A DNA stretch of 64,000 nt, taken from positions 20,274,001 through 20,338,000 of the forward strand of contig CM119378.1 of NCBI GenBank assembly GCA_051294905.1. The letters are read 5' to 3'. The stretch is from Botryllus schlosseri. Its lineage: Eukaryota. The notes below the pieces were generated by a model that had not been told where the DNA came from, did no database searches, and worked only from the letters and a program-made list of their open reading frames with translations. Below are positions 11,011 to 21,639 of the stretch, in pieces. The stretch's first letter is position 1. The number at the start of each line of letters is the position of its first letter. A program made the translations under genes and the position numbers.

Positions 11011-14000
11011 TCGTTAAGGCGAGAAAAGCTTGGGCCTACTCATTAAACGGAAAGCCAATATAGATGATAAGTAGCGGTAGACAGACAGCGTATATCCTGA
11101 GGGGGATTTGGGGGTCGAATACCTCCAGAAGTCCGCTTTATCACCCTTTGGGGGCCCAAGATCAACGTTTGGGAGGGATCACGAAGTGCTGCTATGGCCC
11201 TGTACTAGTGGCAACTAGAATGAAACCACAGCGCCGAACCCGGGCGGTTGTAAGAGGGGCCTATGAACATGAAAGTATTTCTTGCAAAAAATCTCAACAT
11301 TTGTTACAAATCTGCTGTAAAATATGAGAATTTTTCAATCTACTCAGAATTGCTTCGCTAGCCGAATGAAATAGTTTAGTTTTACACCCCTGGTTTAGAG
11401 CATACCCTGGCAACTAACGAGATTTGAACTTAAATATGGAAACAGTGACTTGTAATTTTAATTGTTACGGCATTATTTGCTAATAGGCTTTATTTTAAAC
11501 CTGGATTACTCACACGACGTACATAGGTTACTTAATCACGGTACATAAAATTAACTAGATGTTAAAGTAACCGTATTTCCAGATCAGTTTATACAGCAGT
11601 TTTTGTCCACGCATCAACATTATTAATCAGATTTTCTAGTCTAAATTCCAAGGAACTTGTCGAGGACGACTCAGAATTGCATCGCGGGTTGCATTTGGCC
11701 CACGGGCCGCGCAATGCCCTGATCAGGTGTATAGCTAAATAAAAGAGGTAGACAGGTTCATTCATATTGTTATCTCATAGTTCTGGACGATTTTGTCACG
11801 AGCCGCCATTGGTACCACCTCCTGATCTGATCGGTAGAGAAGTTGCACAGATTAAAAAATTATAATTACATTCATGAAGAAAAACTCATGCCAAGGGCTG
11901 CTATACAAACAAACCGATAGATTGGGCGCGTGGGACCCATATGCGGTGTACACGTTTGCCTGGCATTTGAGTATGCCACATATAGTTGACCATGCGACTT
12001 TATGACCCCAAATCAAACTAGCCCTAACTTTAACCCACAGGGGCCGAATACTGTTGGCTGAACAGTATTATGACGTTGGTTGATGTTTTTTTCTGAGTTG
12101 TTGCTGGCTTCCCAGTTCCCACATCCTGCACTACGGAGCCGCGAACTATGTTTCAATTTCAGAGAGTGTCACGAGGTCAATTAGGTTGAGAACCACTGTA
12201 GTAGAATTTCGTGCGACACCGCTAGAACCGTTTGAGTGACGATGAGGAGCCTTGATTATATAATGTCCTCTGAAATTTTCGAGATTACAATTAGCACCAG
12301 ATCCATTATAGGCACTGTAGCCGCAAGCCGCAGATCGCGCCACAGGGTGGATTGAAATATCTGGCTGCTTATATTCCCTTTCGGTACAGAGAAAAAGACT
12401 CGCTTTGTTGGTGCGTGTTTTCTATTAAAAATGAAATACAATAAGCATTGGCAAGTACGTCCTAAGCTAATCAAATAAAAGGCATCTTACTTGACAATGT
12501 GTCTTCCGGGTTTTTTAGTTTATTTTATTTATAGAATTACTTTGACTGTAACAAGATATCAAAACAGTGAGACAATGAATGAACCTAACTAAACCTATTC
12601 TAGCAATGCAATAAACCTAACTATTCCTTTTCTATTACCTGAACTAATGCCAAAACGATCCTACCACTAACGCACGTGCACTAAACAGTGAGTTGCACCA
12701 CCATACGTCAGACCTAGTTACCGCTGTGAGGTAACAATTACTGCGTTTCCATGCACGGCCGATGGGCCCATTTTCGAGAGACCCGGCCGATGGGCCCATT
12801 TTCGAGAGACCCGGCCGACGAACGAGAGAATTTTGTTGCGCAAGCACACCCACGTCGGCCGACTCGTCGGCCATCGAGTGAATACTTCGGCTTAGCCGTT
12901 CGGCCAAGCTTGCGCTGTGTCTTCGAATAGCAAATTGCTATTTGCTACTTACAATACACTTTTCGTATCAAATTAACCATGGCTGCACTCCGGACGGATC
13001 TTGGACGCATATACTTCGTTTCCATGCTCGGCCGACGGTCGGCCGAAAGGCCATGACGCATGCGTTGTACATGTGGGCCGTGTTTCCATGATCAGGCGTA
13101 ATCCGACCGTGACTTGGCCGAACTAGGTGGGCGAAGCAATCGCAATGACGTTTTTGGCTTACTTTATGTAATAATTTCATAATAATCACAAGATTGCGAT
13201 AGATGACTCGGTAGGAATGAGCCGAGATGACTTGTAGCGCACATTCAGTCAAACAACACGCTTTGACCTTGAACACGTAGGCCTAAATCCATCCAACATG
13301 TAAAATGGTCATGATGAACCAATTGCTTAAAACTAACAGAAGATAAAATAAAATGGAACAAAGATGAAAATTGGTGGCATATCTTAGGGGATATAGATAT
13401 GGGATATCGTGGTCCAATAATTTCGAGCGCGGAATAGTAACTTGTCCAGTAGTCTACCGGTACTACTGTTTCGTCGTCATGATTCAGACATGAACTTCCA
13501 GTGTCCTGCTGATGATTTGCTTACAAGGGGAATGTCAGTGGCGGCTCGTCCTATAGGGCAACTGGGGCATTGCCCCACCTAAAATTCTGTTCAATAACAA
13601 TTCTTTACCATTTATAGACGCACACCTATCTATATAAACCGAAATCACAGCGAAAATCGTATACTTCTTGTCCTTCCGCTTGTAAATGCCCATATATAGC
13701 GAAGTCTATGCGAAAATCGAATTCTCTTCTGTGTTTTCGCTTTGCGAATGCCTAGCCGGGGCTTGCCCCGGTAGCGCTCATAACAAGCTTTCACTATCTA
13801 TTCTCTCAAAACCGCGCACAATAAAGAAACGGTGATTTACTCTCTCCTATTCATAAAATTACCGAGCAACCGGGGCACGATAGCTCTGTGCCCTTAAGGT
13901 GTGATGTAACAATCGTATCTATAGCTGAACTCTGTTACCGTCATATGCGTTTAGTCGACGTTTGCTGGTATAGGTCGATTTTAATGGGGTTTCACACCAT

Positions 14001-14053
14001 GAAAACTCTTGAAACTTGTTATGTCATGTCGTGATGGTGGTATTTAACACTGC

Positions 14054-14900
14054 CCCAAGTTTCAGGGTTTCTACTTAAAGTTTAGGGTAGTAATTCCGTT
14101 TCCGAAGTTGAGTGTGTGCTGATCCGTCATGTATCGCAAATAGATTTTACTCAAAAGCCGGTATTGGTATCCATTGGTTTTGACGGTGTTCAATACTGAG
14201 ATCGGTTATGACATTTGGCACGGTAAGTCTTAATGTTAGTATCGAACGCTGTACCAAGTTTTAAGTTTGTCACTGAACTGTGTTAGTGGTAATTTCGTTT
14301 CCTAATTCGAGTGAGAGCTCACTCGTCATTTATCGCTAACAGATTATACGCAAAGCCGGTATTGGTCTCTATTGATTTTAACGATGCTCCTTACCTAGAT
14401 CCGTCATAAGCTTTTGCACGGTATGTCTTGATTTTAGTATCGAACGCTGTGCCAAGTCTCAAGGTTGACACTCAATGATTAGGGCAGTAATTTCGTTATC
14501 AAGGTCGAGTATGGTAAAGATGTGCTCCGATCTGACACTTTAGCCTACAACACATTGCGGATTTCACGCAAAAGCCGGTGTATCTGCGGTAACGTTAAGT
14601 GAGATGATGATATCATTCTCAGTTTGCATTCAAATATTTACTTTGATCGTATATTCTCCAATGTCAATTTCACCGTGAAATTGTGGCCTTCAAGCCATTT
14701 GCGTACAACCCCCCCGTCACTTGATCAGCCTATTCCTCAGTAAATTTTACGCAAAATTCGGTGTTGGTCTGTTCGCATTAATTTTGACAGTGTACCATAC
14801 CGAAAAGGGCCATGAGGCCACTTCTCGATAATGTCATGTAACAGTGTACCAAGTTTAGGGCTTTCATCCACGTATTTATTCGGTAATATATTTTTCAAAG
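14054..14900. repeat. Degenerate tandem repeat, period about 198-200 bp, at least 4 units
   Basis: Anchors CCAAGT...GTAATT(C/T)CGTT...AAAGCCGGT(A/G)T recur at about 14054, 14254, 14452 and, more weakly, 14849. Confidence 0.6.
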
Positions 14901-15039
14901 GCGATTTCGCAGCAGACCTATAAGACAGTAATAAAAACGTATGTGTCGTGTTACAGTCTCCAGTTTCAAGGCCAAAATCTCTTATGCTGTACCGAGACCA
15001 AATTTCCGAGGCTGCTATTCTTAGTCCTTTACAATGATG

Positions 15040-15967
15040 TGTAACGGCCCGGTCTTCGGATTGGCAATGCTTTATTACGGAGCTTCACATGCAAACTGCA
15101 ACGTATCGACACCACAACATAATACGGCAATAAGCCGCCGGTCACACGACCGACCTGCACGACGGCCAGACCAGAAAAAGAGAATATCATGATTACAAGA
15201 AACCACGTGCACAGTTCATGACCACAGATACCATAATAACAAGGTTAACAGTAGCACTTGGGCTGCTACATCACCTTCCCCTAAATCAGTGAGACGCTAC
15301 CAAAAGCGCTCTCAAAACATGTCAAATTATAATGAATATGCAGCACATTAATCATAAACAAGAACAAAGCGCACGGATGAAAGCACGAGATGTCAATGAT
15401 ACCACAACTCATGGAACCTGGATTCTGCCAGAAATAACCAGATACAACACAGCAATCAGCGAAAAGTTACATAACCCAATCTAGGACTTCTTCCACTACC
15501 AACAGATAACTCAATACACACACTAGCCCATATCATCTGCATCAGTGTCACCAACTTCATCACGTACGTTCGAAACTTGTCCCCGCACACTACCGGTATA
15601 CTTCAAACGATCGCCAATTTCTCTTCCTATCAACGGCAGCTCCATAACGTCCGCAGCATTCCAATCCAAGTCCTGGCGTGCTCGCCACTGTAACGGCCCA
15701 TAAGCATTCCAATCCAAGTCCTGGCGTGCTCGCCACTGTAACGGCCCGGTCTTCGGATTGGCAATGCTTTATTACGGAGCTTCACATGCAAACTGCAACG
15801 TATCGACACCACAACATAATACGGCAATAAGCCGCCGGTCACACGACCGACCTGCACGACGGCCAGACCAGAAAAAGAGAATATCATGATTACAAGAAAC
15901 CACGTGCACAGTTCATGACCACAGATACCATAATAACAAGGTTAACAGTAGCACTTGGGCTGCTACA
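15040..15967 (-). mobile_element. TRIM-like non-autonomous LTR retrotransposon (928 bp)
   Basis: Two 231-bp TG...CA LTRs (15040-15270, 15737-15967) read as identical. 4-bp TSD GATG. On the minus strand the PBS TGGCGAGCACGCCAGGAC follows the 5' LTR and the PPT AGGGGAAGGTGA precedes the 3' LTR. AATAAA in the LTR. The 466-bp interior has no gag/pol-length ORF. Confidence 0.92.
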
Positions 15968-17420
15968 GATGTTTTGGATTCAATAGGACAGGCCCAATCT
16001 ATGAGATAACAATTGCGTATCTGTCCGAATTCGTTGACCTTTCCAATTAGGCTTACGCTATCTCTCGAGTTATAGTCATTTCCATTTCTGCAGATAATTA
16101 GTCAGGTCTAATGCGAACATGAACCGTGTTGAATCTTTGTTCCGTACGCCGTTTACGCAGTTACCACACTTCAAGTCACAGCTCACCAGCGGACCTCTCG
16201 TGGCACATACGTTAAAATCACTGTTGCCGGGAAATTCATGTTACCGTACCATCATTAAGTTACTTGTTTACGTTGGAAAACGCCATTGTGACGTCATCTT
16301 GATAAAAAGTCGCTTGCAGCCCTTGCCCCACCACCCGATATTGTCACGAGCCGCCACTGGGGAATGTGAATAAGTTCACCTAGTTTGTGGTCAAACGGTA
16401 TAGTTTGTATTGTACCCATGCACCAGAACACAAACCCTCGAATTGTGGCAGCAGCGTATGTGATCAGATCGCGAAGATTTCGGTAGCCTACGGGTAATTC
16501 GTAGCAGTACCAGTACTACTAAATTCCACTGCAATTATAATTAAATTCCGGGTTTTTCAAGGCGTCCAAGATCCGTCCGGAGTTCAGCCATAGTTAATTT
16601 GATACGAAAAGTGTATTGTAAGTAGCGAATACCAATTCGCTAATCCAAGACACAGCGCAAGCATGGCCGAAGGGCTAAGCCGAAGGATTCACTCGATGGC
16701 CGACGAGTCGGCCGACGTGGGTGTGCAATCTGTGCATGCGCAACAACAATCTCTCGAAAATGGGCCCATCGGCCGTGCATGGAAACGCAGTAATTGAGAA
16801 ACCAGGAATTTCATTATGATTGCAACGGAAATTAGTAGTACCGGTACTGCTACGAATTACCCGTAGGCTACCGAAATCTTCTTCGCGATTTGCTCACGTA
16901 CGCTGCTGCCACAATTCAAGGATTTGTGTTCTGGTGCAGGGATACAATACAAACTACCGTTTGACCATAAACTAGGTGAACTTATTCACATACCCCTGGT
17001 AAGCAAATCATCAACAGGACACTCGAAGTTCATGTCTGAATCACGACGACGAAACAGTAGTACCGGTAGACTAATCTACAAGTTACTATTCTGCGTTCGA
17101 AATTATCGGACAACGATATCCCATATCTATATCTCCCTCATACTAGGATATGCCACCTAATTTTCATCTTTTTTCCATCTTATTTTATCTTCTGTTGGTT
17201 TTAAGCAAGTGGTTCATCATGACCATATTTTACATGTTGGATGGATTTAGGTCTACGTGTTCAAGGTCAAAGCGGGTTGTTTCTTGTTTGATTGAATGAC
17301 CGCTACAAGTCGTCTCGGCTCATTCCTGCCGAGTCATTTTATCGCAATCTTGTGATTATTATGAAATTATTACTGTGTAAGTAAGCCAAAAACTTCATCG
17401 CGAACGCTTCGCCAACCTAG

Positions 17421-17847
17421 CAGAGATGAGCGGATTTGAAATTTCTATGTCCTAATCCAATCCAAATCCGAACCTTCAAATCCAAATCCAAATCCTAATC
17501 CATAACTTTTTCATATTCAAGTCCATGTCCAATCCTAATCCGATTCCAACTGGAAATTCAGAAAAAATACTAATTTATGCAATGAAGGGATTCGAAAATT
17601 TTCTTTCACAACCAACGATTCACTTGATTCAAGATAACTTAGTAACCATAAGTACATTAATAACTGATCTGAATAAAGTTTTACGCCATTCGCCACACGA
17701 CATTTCAATCTCGCAGAAAATCGGTCAATCTAATCCAAATCCTAATCCGTTCTGAAAAAAATGTCTAATCCAAATCCAATCCAAATCCGTCAAAATTTCA
17801 CAAATCCTGTTTTTTCAAAACCTAATCCTAATCCATGCTCATCTCTG
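17421..17847. mobile_element. hAT-type MITE with AATCCAAATCC subterminal repeats
   Basis: 11-bp TIRs CAGAGATGAGC / GCTCATCTCTG and perfect 8-bp TSD CAACCTAG. Confidence 0.92.
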
Positions 17848-18185
17848 CAACCTAGTTCCGCCAAGTCACGGTTGGGTTACGTCTGCTCATGGAAACACGG
17901 CCGACATGTACAACGCATGCGTCATGGCCTTTCGGCCGACCGTCGGCCGAGCTTGGAAACGAAGTAATAAGGCCTTTTGCAGGACTTCGATCGCGTGACT
18001 GGATAAGTGGATACGCATAGCAACCACATATTGGTTAGCAAGCTACTTTCTCGCGCACCTGCTTCAGTGGTAAATATCGAATAGTGTACTGTTGATTTCT
18101 GGTTGTAAACGTTTCGGAAATTTGTTGTAGAAGTCATCAGAGATTCACCTATGCTAGATGTCAATCCTGTACCTCGGAGAGTTTT

Positions 18186-19941
18186 GTGCAAGGACAAGGT
18201 TTTTATAAAGATGTCGCTGGATCTATGCATGTTTTTGGTGCAGCGAATACTGGATATGTTAAACCAAAAGACCTTACAAAAAACAGCACACCGCTAGAGT
18301 TGATCGGGAAAATTCGAATGGGTCTTTTTGAACAGTCTAGATCAGGGGTGGGCAAACTACGGCCCGCGGGCCGCATGCGGCCCGCCACGCCGTTCTGTGC
18401 GGCCCGCGAGAGTCTAAAGAAACTTATTAAAAATATAGATAAAATGCGTACTTAAAATCGAATTAATGCAGGGACTTGATTAAACTTTCTTAGTATATTT
18501 CACCATGATAATTCTAAGGAAGTGGGTCTCAACCTGGGGGACGCGTGCCCCTTGGGGTCATGAAAGCATCTGAAGGGGATCGCGAAGCTGAGCTCAACCG
18601 AAAATTTTTTCGCGCTTCGCGCGATTTCCTTCCAATTCCTAATTACTGCTCTGTATTTAGTATGAATTTCATATTTAACAATCTCTCGTCAATAGTCGTA
18701 GCCTTCCATGCCACCAAACGATCCGTTAGGTTTTCTATAGCATCCTGATTGCGTTTTGTGATATGACGATAAGGGGGCGCAAAATCTACACATTTAGTAG
18801 AAGCGTGTTTGAAGCTATAGGTTATGATGCTGTCAGCATTGTGTGTCCTGGAACTGAACCCAAAGCGGAATTAGTAAATCTATGAACAGATCACTGCTCA
18901 CAGATTTATATTTCAATCCTGTTCTAAGAATCGGGACAACCGACTTTCATCATCTCTATAGTTTTGACAAATTGGTTATTGAGGTCTACCAGCCTATGAA
19001 ATCTCGCCATTGTTTCTAGCGCGTGTACGATATCATCATAGCAATGTTTGGTTTGTTTCAAATAAGCATATCTATTATCTTCATGTCCTCACTATATAAT
19101 CAATTACCAGCAATATTGCGTTTTGGTTTATGATCCAAATTTTATATAGTGCGGCCCGCGAAAGGATTCAGATGTTGAATGCGGCCCGCGAGCTCTAAAG
19201 TTTGCCCACCCCTGGTCTAGATGTATGTTGGATAATGTCGACATGAAATTAAAATCTACACGTAACGAAGATAATTTCTGTTTTCTTGGCGACGCGGAGG
19301 ATGTACAAATTGTTTTACTCGAAATGGAAGTGTATGTCAAACAGATGAAGGTCGCTGAAAGTGTAAGCTTAGCACACAAGTCTGTATTACAGAAGAATCC
19401 TGCCAAGTATCCCTGGATACGCTTGCAAATGTCAACTCACACATTCGCCGCGGGTTTATCGAAAATTGATAGAGAGTTAGTTAGCGGCACCATGCCAAAG
19501 AAGATCGTGATTGGTTTAGTCGAGACCACGACATTTAACGGTGTTCGGACCAAAAACCCATTCAACTTTAAACACTTTGATGTTCAAAATCTTTCTTTAA
19601 GTGTGGATGGGCGTCAAATTAACGGACGCGAATTTCATTTCGATTTTGCTAAACATGGCGGACTCGAAGGTTATATGACACTATTCTCTCAGACAGGTCG
19701 CTGGGAATCCGAGGCTCCTTTAAATATTTCACGCAAAGATTATGTTAATGGCTACACTCTTTTTGTGTTTGATTTGACGCCCGATAATAGTTTGGGATGT
19801 TATCAACTTCATAAGACAGGAACTGTGCATCTGGTTTTGACTACTTCGAAGCCTTTACCAACCTCCGTAACCTTGTTATGTTTGAAGGAGTTTGAACATC
19901 TTCTGCAGTTGAATCAAAAAAGACAAGTCGTCGAAATATGA
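18186..19941 (+). pseudogene. Polinton/Maverick major-capsid-like (F54H12.2-like) gene interrupted by a hAT insertion
   Basis: Removing 18343-19214 and one TSD restores the frame GFYKDVAGSM...ELIGKIRMGLFEQSR-C-MLDNVDMKLK...MPKKIVIGLV...NPFNFKHFD...YVNGYTLFVFDLTPD...GTVHL. I recognise these motifs from Polinton capsid proteins from memory, without a search. The N-terminus is degraded. Confidence 0.78.
18343..19214. mobile_element. Non-autonomous Buster/Charlie-type hAT (composite)
   Basis: Perfect 16-bp TIRs CAGGGGTGGGCAAACT and perfect TSD GTCTAGAT. Homologous, in inverted orientation, to 57603-58683. Confidence 0.95.
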
Positions 19942-20383
19942 ATACGGCTGAGATCAATGATATTCTCTATAACCATCCTGACACACGAAGTCTATATCTA
20001 GGGACTTATCCAGTAGACCAGTTACCAAAGAAACCAATTAGCGGAAAAATCGCTATCACCATTATAATTACGACGAGTCGAGCTTACCCGGATCTCACTG
20101 GGTGTGTATATACAGAGATGACGATACTCATTTTCATGATTCACTAGGTTTCGGGCCACTAAAACCTCAGATAATCGAATTCCTGGAGCCGGATGAATTT
20201 TCCGTGACTGGGAAACAGCTACAGAGTAAAACTTCGGATGTGTGTGGAGATCATGCTATTGCATTTTTGATAAAAAGAGCTCAAGGATTTTCAGTCAAGG
20301 AATACTTGAATAATTTTGGTGATGATAAAAAAGTTAATGATACGATTGTGCGTGCTTTTGTGAAGAGTTTGATTTCAGAGTAA
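19938..20383 (+). pseudogene. Adenain-like (Polinton) cysteine protease with one frameshift near 20060
   Basis: MNTAEI...YLGTYPVDQLP, then a frameshift, then NYDESSLPGSHWV...FHDSLG...LQSKTSDVCG. Catalytic H, D, Q and C are all present. The ATG overlaps the capsid stop (ATGA at 19938-19941). Confidence 0.88.
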
Positions 20384-21446
20384 TAATACAATGAATGTAT
20401 AAATGTGTATACTTGTGATTCTTGTTGTGGTTGTGAACAGCAGACTATTCTGTAGGTGCGAAACAGCGGTATGGAAAGCGCGAATAATCCGATCTGAAAG
20501 TATTATTCAGGTTACGTACGAATCAATAGCGAGGAAAGACTTGAGTTAGAACACGATCGGTCATTTGGCATGCCTGAACTATGATGTCTTCCTGTAGAAC
20601 CGTGTGAGCGATCCCTATACTGTAACGCTATCATGTCGCGTCTATATCAGGCACGTTAACATACCGCGTAAGTCTATACCCGTAAGTACAAATCACCGCC
20701 GCGCGCATAAGAATAACGATATATTAAAATCGCACTCACCGTAAACGTTGGGAAACGGTCATATATAATATTTTGGAATATAAACGCTGAGTAATGGCAT
20801 CGCCGTTTACTATACTTGATATTCAACACCACTTCACCAGAGATCCTATACCTGTAACGTTATCAGGCACGTCATCGACACAACGTATACCTGAAAGGTG
20901 GTATCACCGACGAGACAGCAGGTCATCAGCGATAGGGACTCGAAAAGGGTGGAGTCACCAACACGAGTTTTCACGGCAGGTCATCAGCGAGCCCTATACC
21001 TGAAAGGGTGGAGTCACCAGAGATCCCATAAGAACACATGGCAGGTCACCAGCGGAAGGGGGGGGTCACCAGCGGGCCCATAAGCCCACCAACACGAGTT
21101 TCGCGGCAGGTCACCAGCGGGCCCATAAGCCACAATGGCCGCTCACGAGCGATGTATACTACTACTGACGGTACACGAACTTCTTCTGTTGGCAAAGACA
21201 TGGTTGGCAGATTTTGAGTCGACTCCAAACGGCACCAAAATGAAAGTGTGAGCGGCCTCTCTCGACAGCACGAAATCTGTCGCCTCGATCATTTTTCGCA
21301 CAAAATGTGCTGGATAATACAAGCATTTTTCTATCTTTTCAGAATTGCTTCACTGGCCGGATGAATCGTCTGACGGGCCGTATGTTTGCCACCACTGACA
21401 TAAGCTGCGTACTGCGTATGTGATGATGCGAGCCGTTGCCGCTTAG

Positions 21447-21593
21447 TAGTGTTAGGACTCGAGTCAACGTGGGCTTTTTGTAAAAGCCGACATGACACGG
21501 GTCACCTCCAAAAAATCGTGTGACTTGACTTATTAAGTCACCTTCGAAAAGCGAGGGACTCAACTCGAAGGTACCGACTTGATCCCAACACCG
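21447..21593. mobile_element. Short deletion derivative of the 9144-10083 family
   Basis: Both TIRs (TAGTGTTAGGACTCGAGTC / GATCCCAACACCG) and a 6/8 TSD (CCGCTTAG/CCACATAG). Confidence 0.7.
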
Positions 21594-21639
21594 CCACATA
21601 GTCGAGTCAGCAGTAAAATAGGCTAGGCTTTGCCTAGAA

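Larger units (their letters stand above)
13536..16359. mobile_element. Non-autonomous hAT-type element carrying a nested mini-LTR element
   Basis: 14-bp TIRs CAGTGGCGGCTCGT / ACGAGCCGCCACTG and perfect 8-bp TSD GGGAATGT. Confidence 0.9.
13012..16792. mobile_element. Second copy of the same MITE family, inserted in opposite orientation into the first
   Basis: Termini TACTTCGTTTCCATGCTCGGCCGA / TCGGCCGTGCATGGAAACGCAGTA. 13012-13535 plus 16360-16560 are the reverse complement of 16793-17966 minus its insertion, and 16561-16792 is the reverse complement of 12739-13010. Confidence 0.7.
12739..17966. mobile_element. About 1-kb PIF/Harbinger-ISL2EU(PHIS)-like MITE, outer copy split by nested insertions
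   Basis: Termini TACTGCGTTTCCATGCACGGCCGA / TCGGCCGAGCTTGGAAACGAAGTA, flanked by AT on both sides. Segments 12739-13010 and 16793-17966 together equal the reverse complement of the inner copy. Superfamily assignment is an inference from the CTGCGTTTCCATG TIR core. Confidence 0.65.
17990..21166 (+). mobile_element. Polinton/Maverick (adintovirus-like) remnant, copy 1: capsid, protease and terminal region
   Basis: Adjacent capsid-like and adenain-like genes, then about 780 bp of repeat-rich non-coding DNA ending in ...TATACTACTACT (reverse complement AGTAGTAGTATA, a Polinton-type terminus). The whole tail is homologous to 63042-64000. The left boundary is approximate. Confidence 0.8.
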
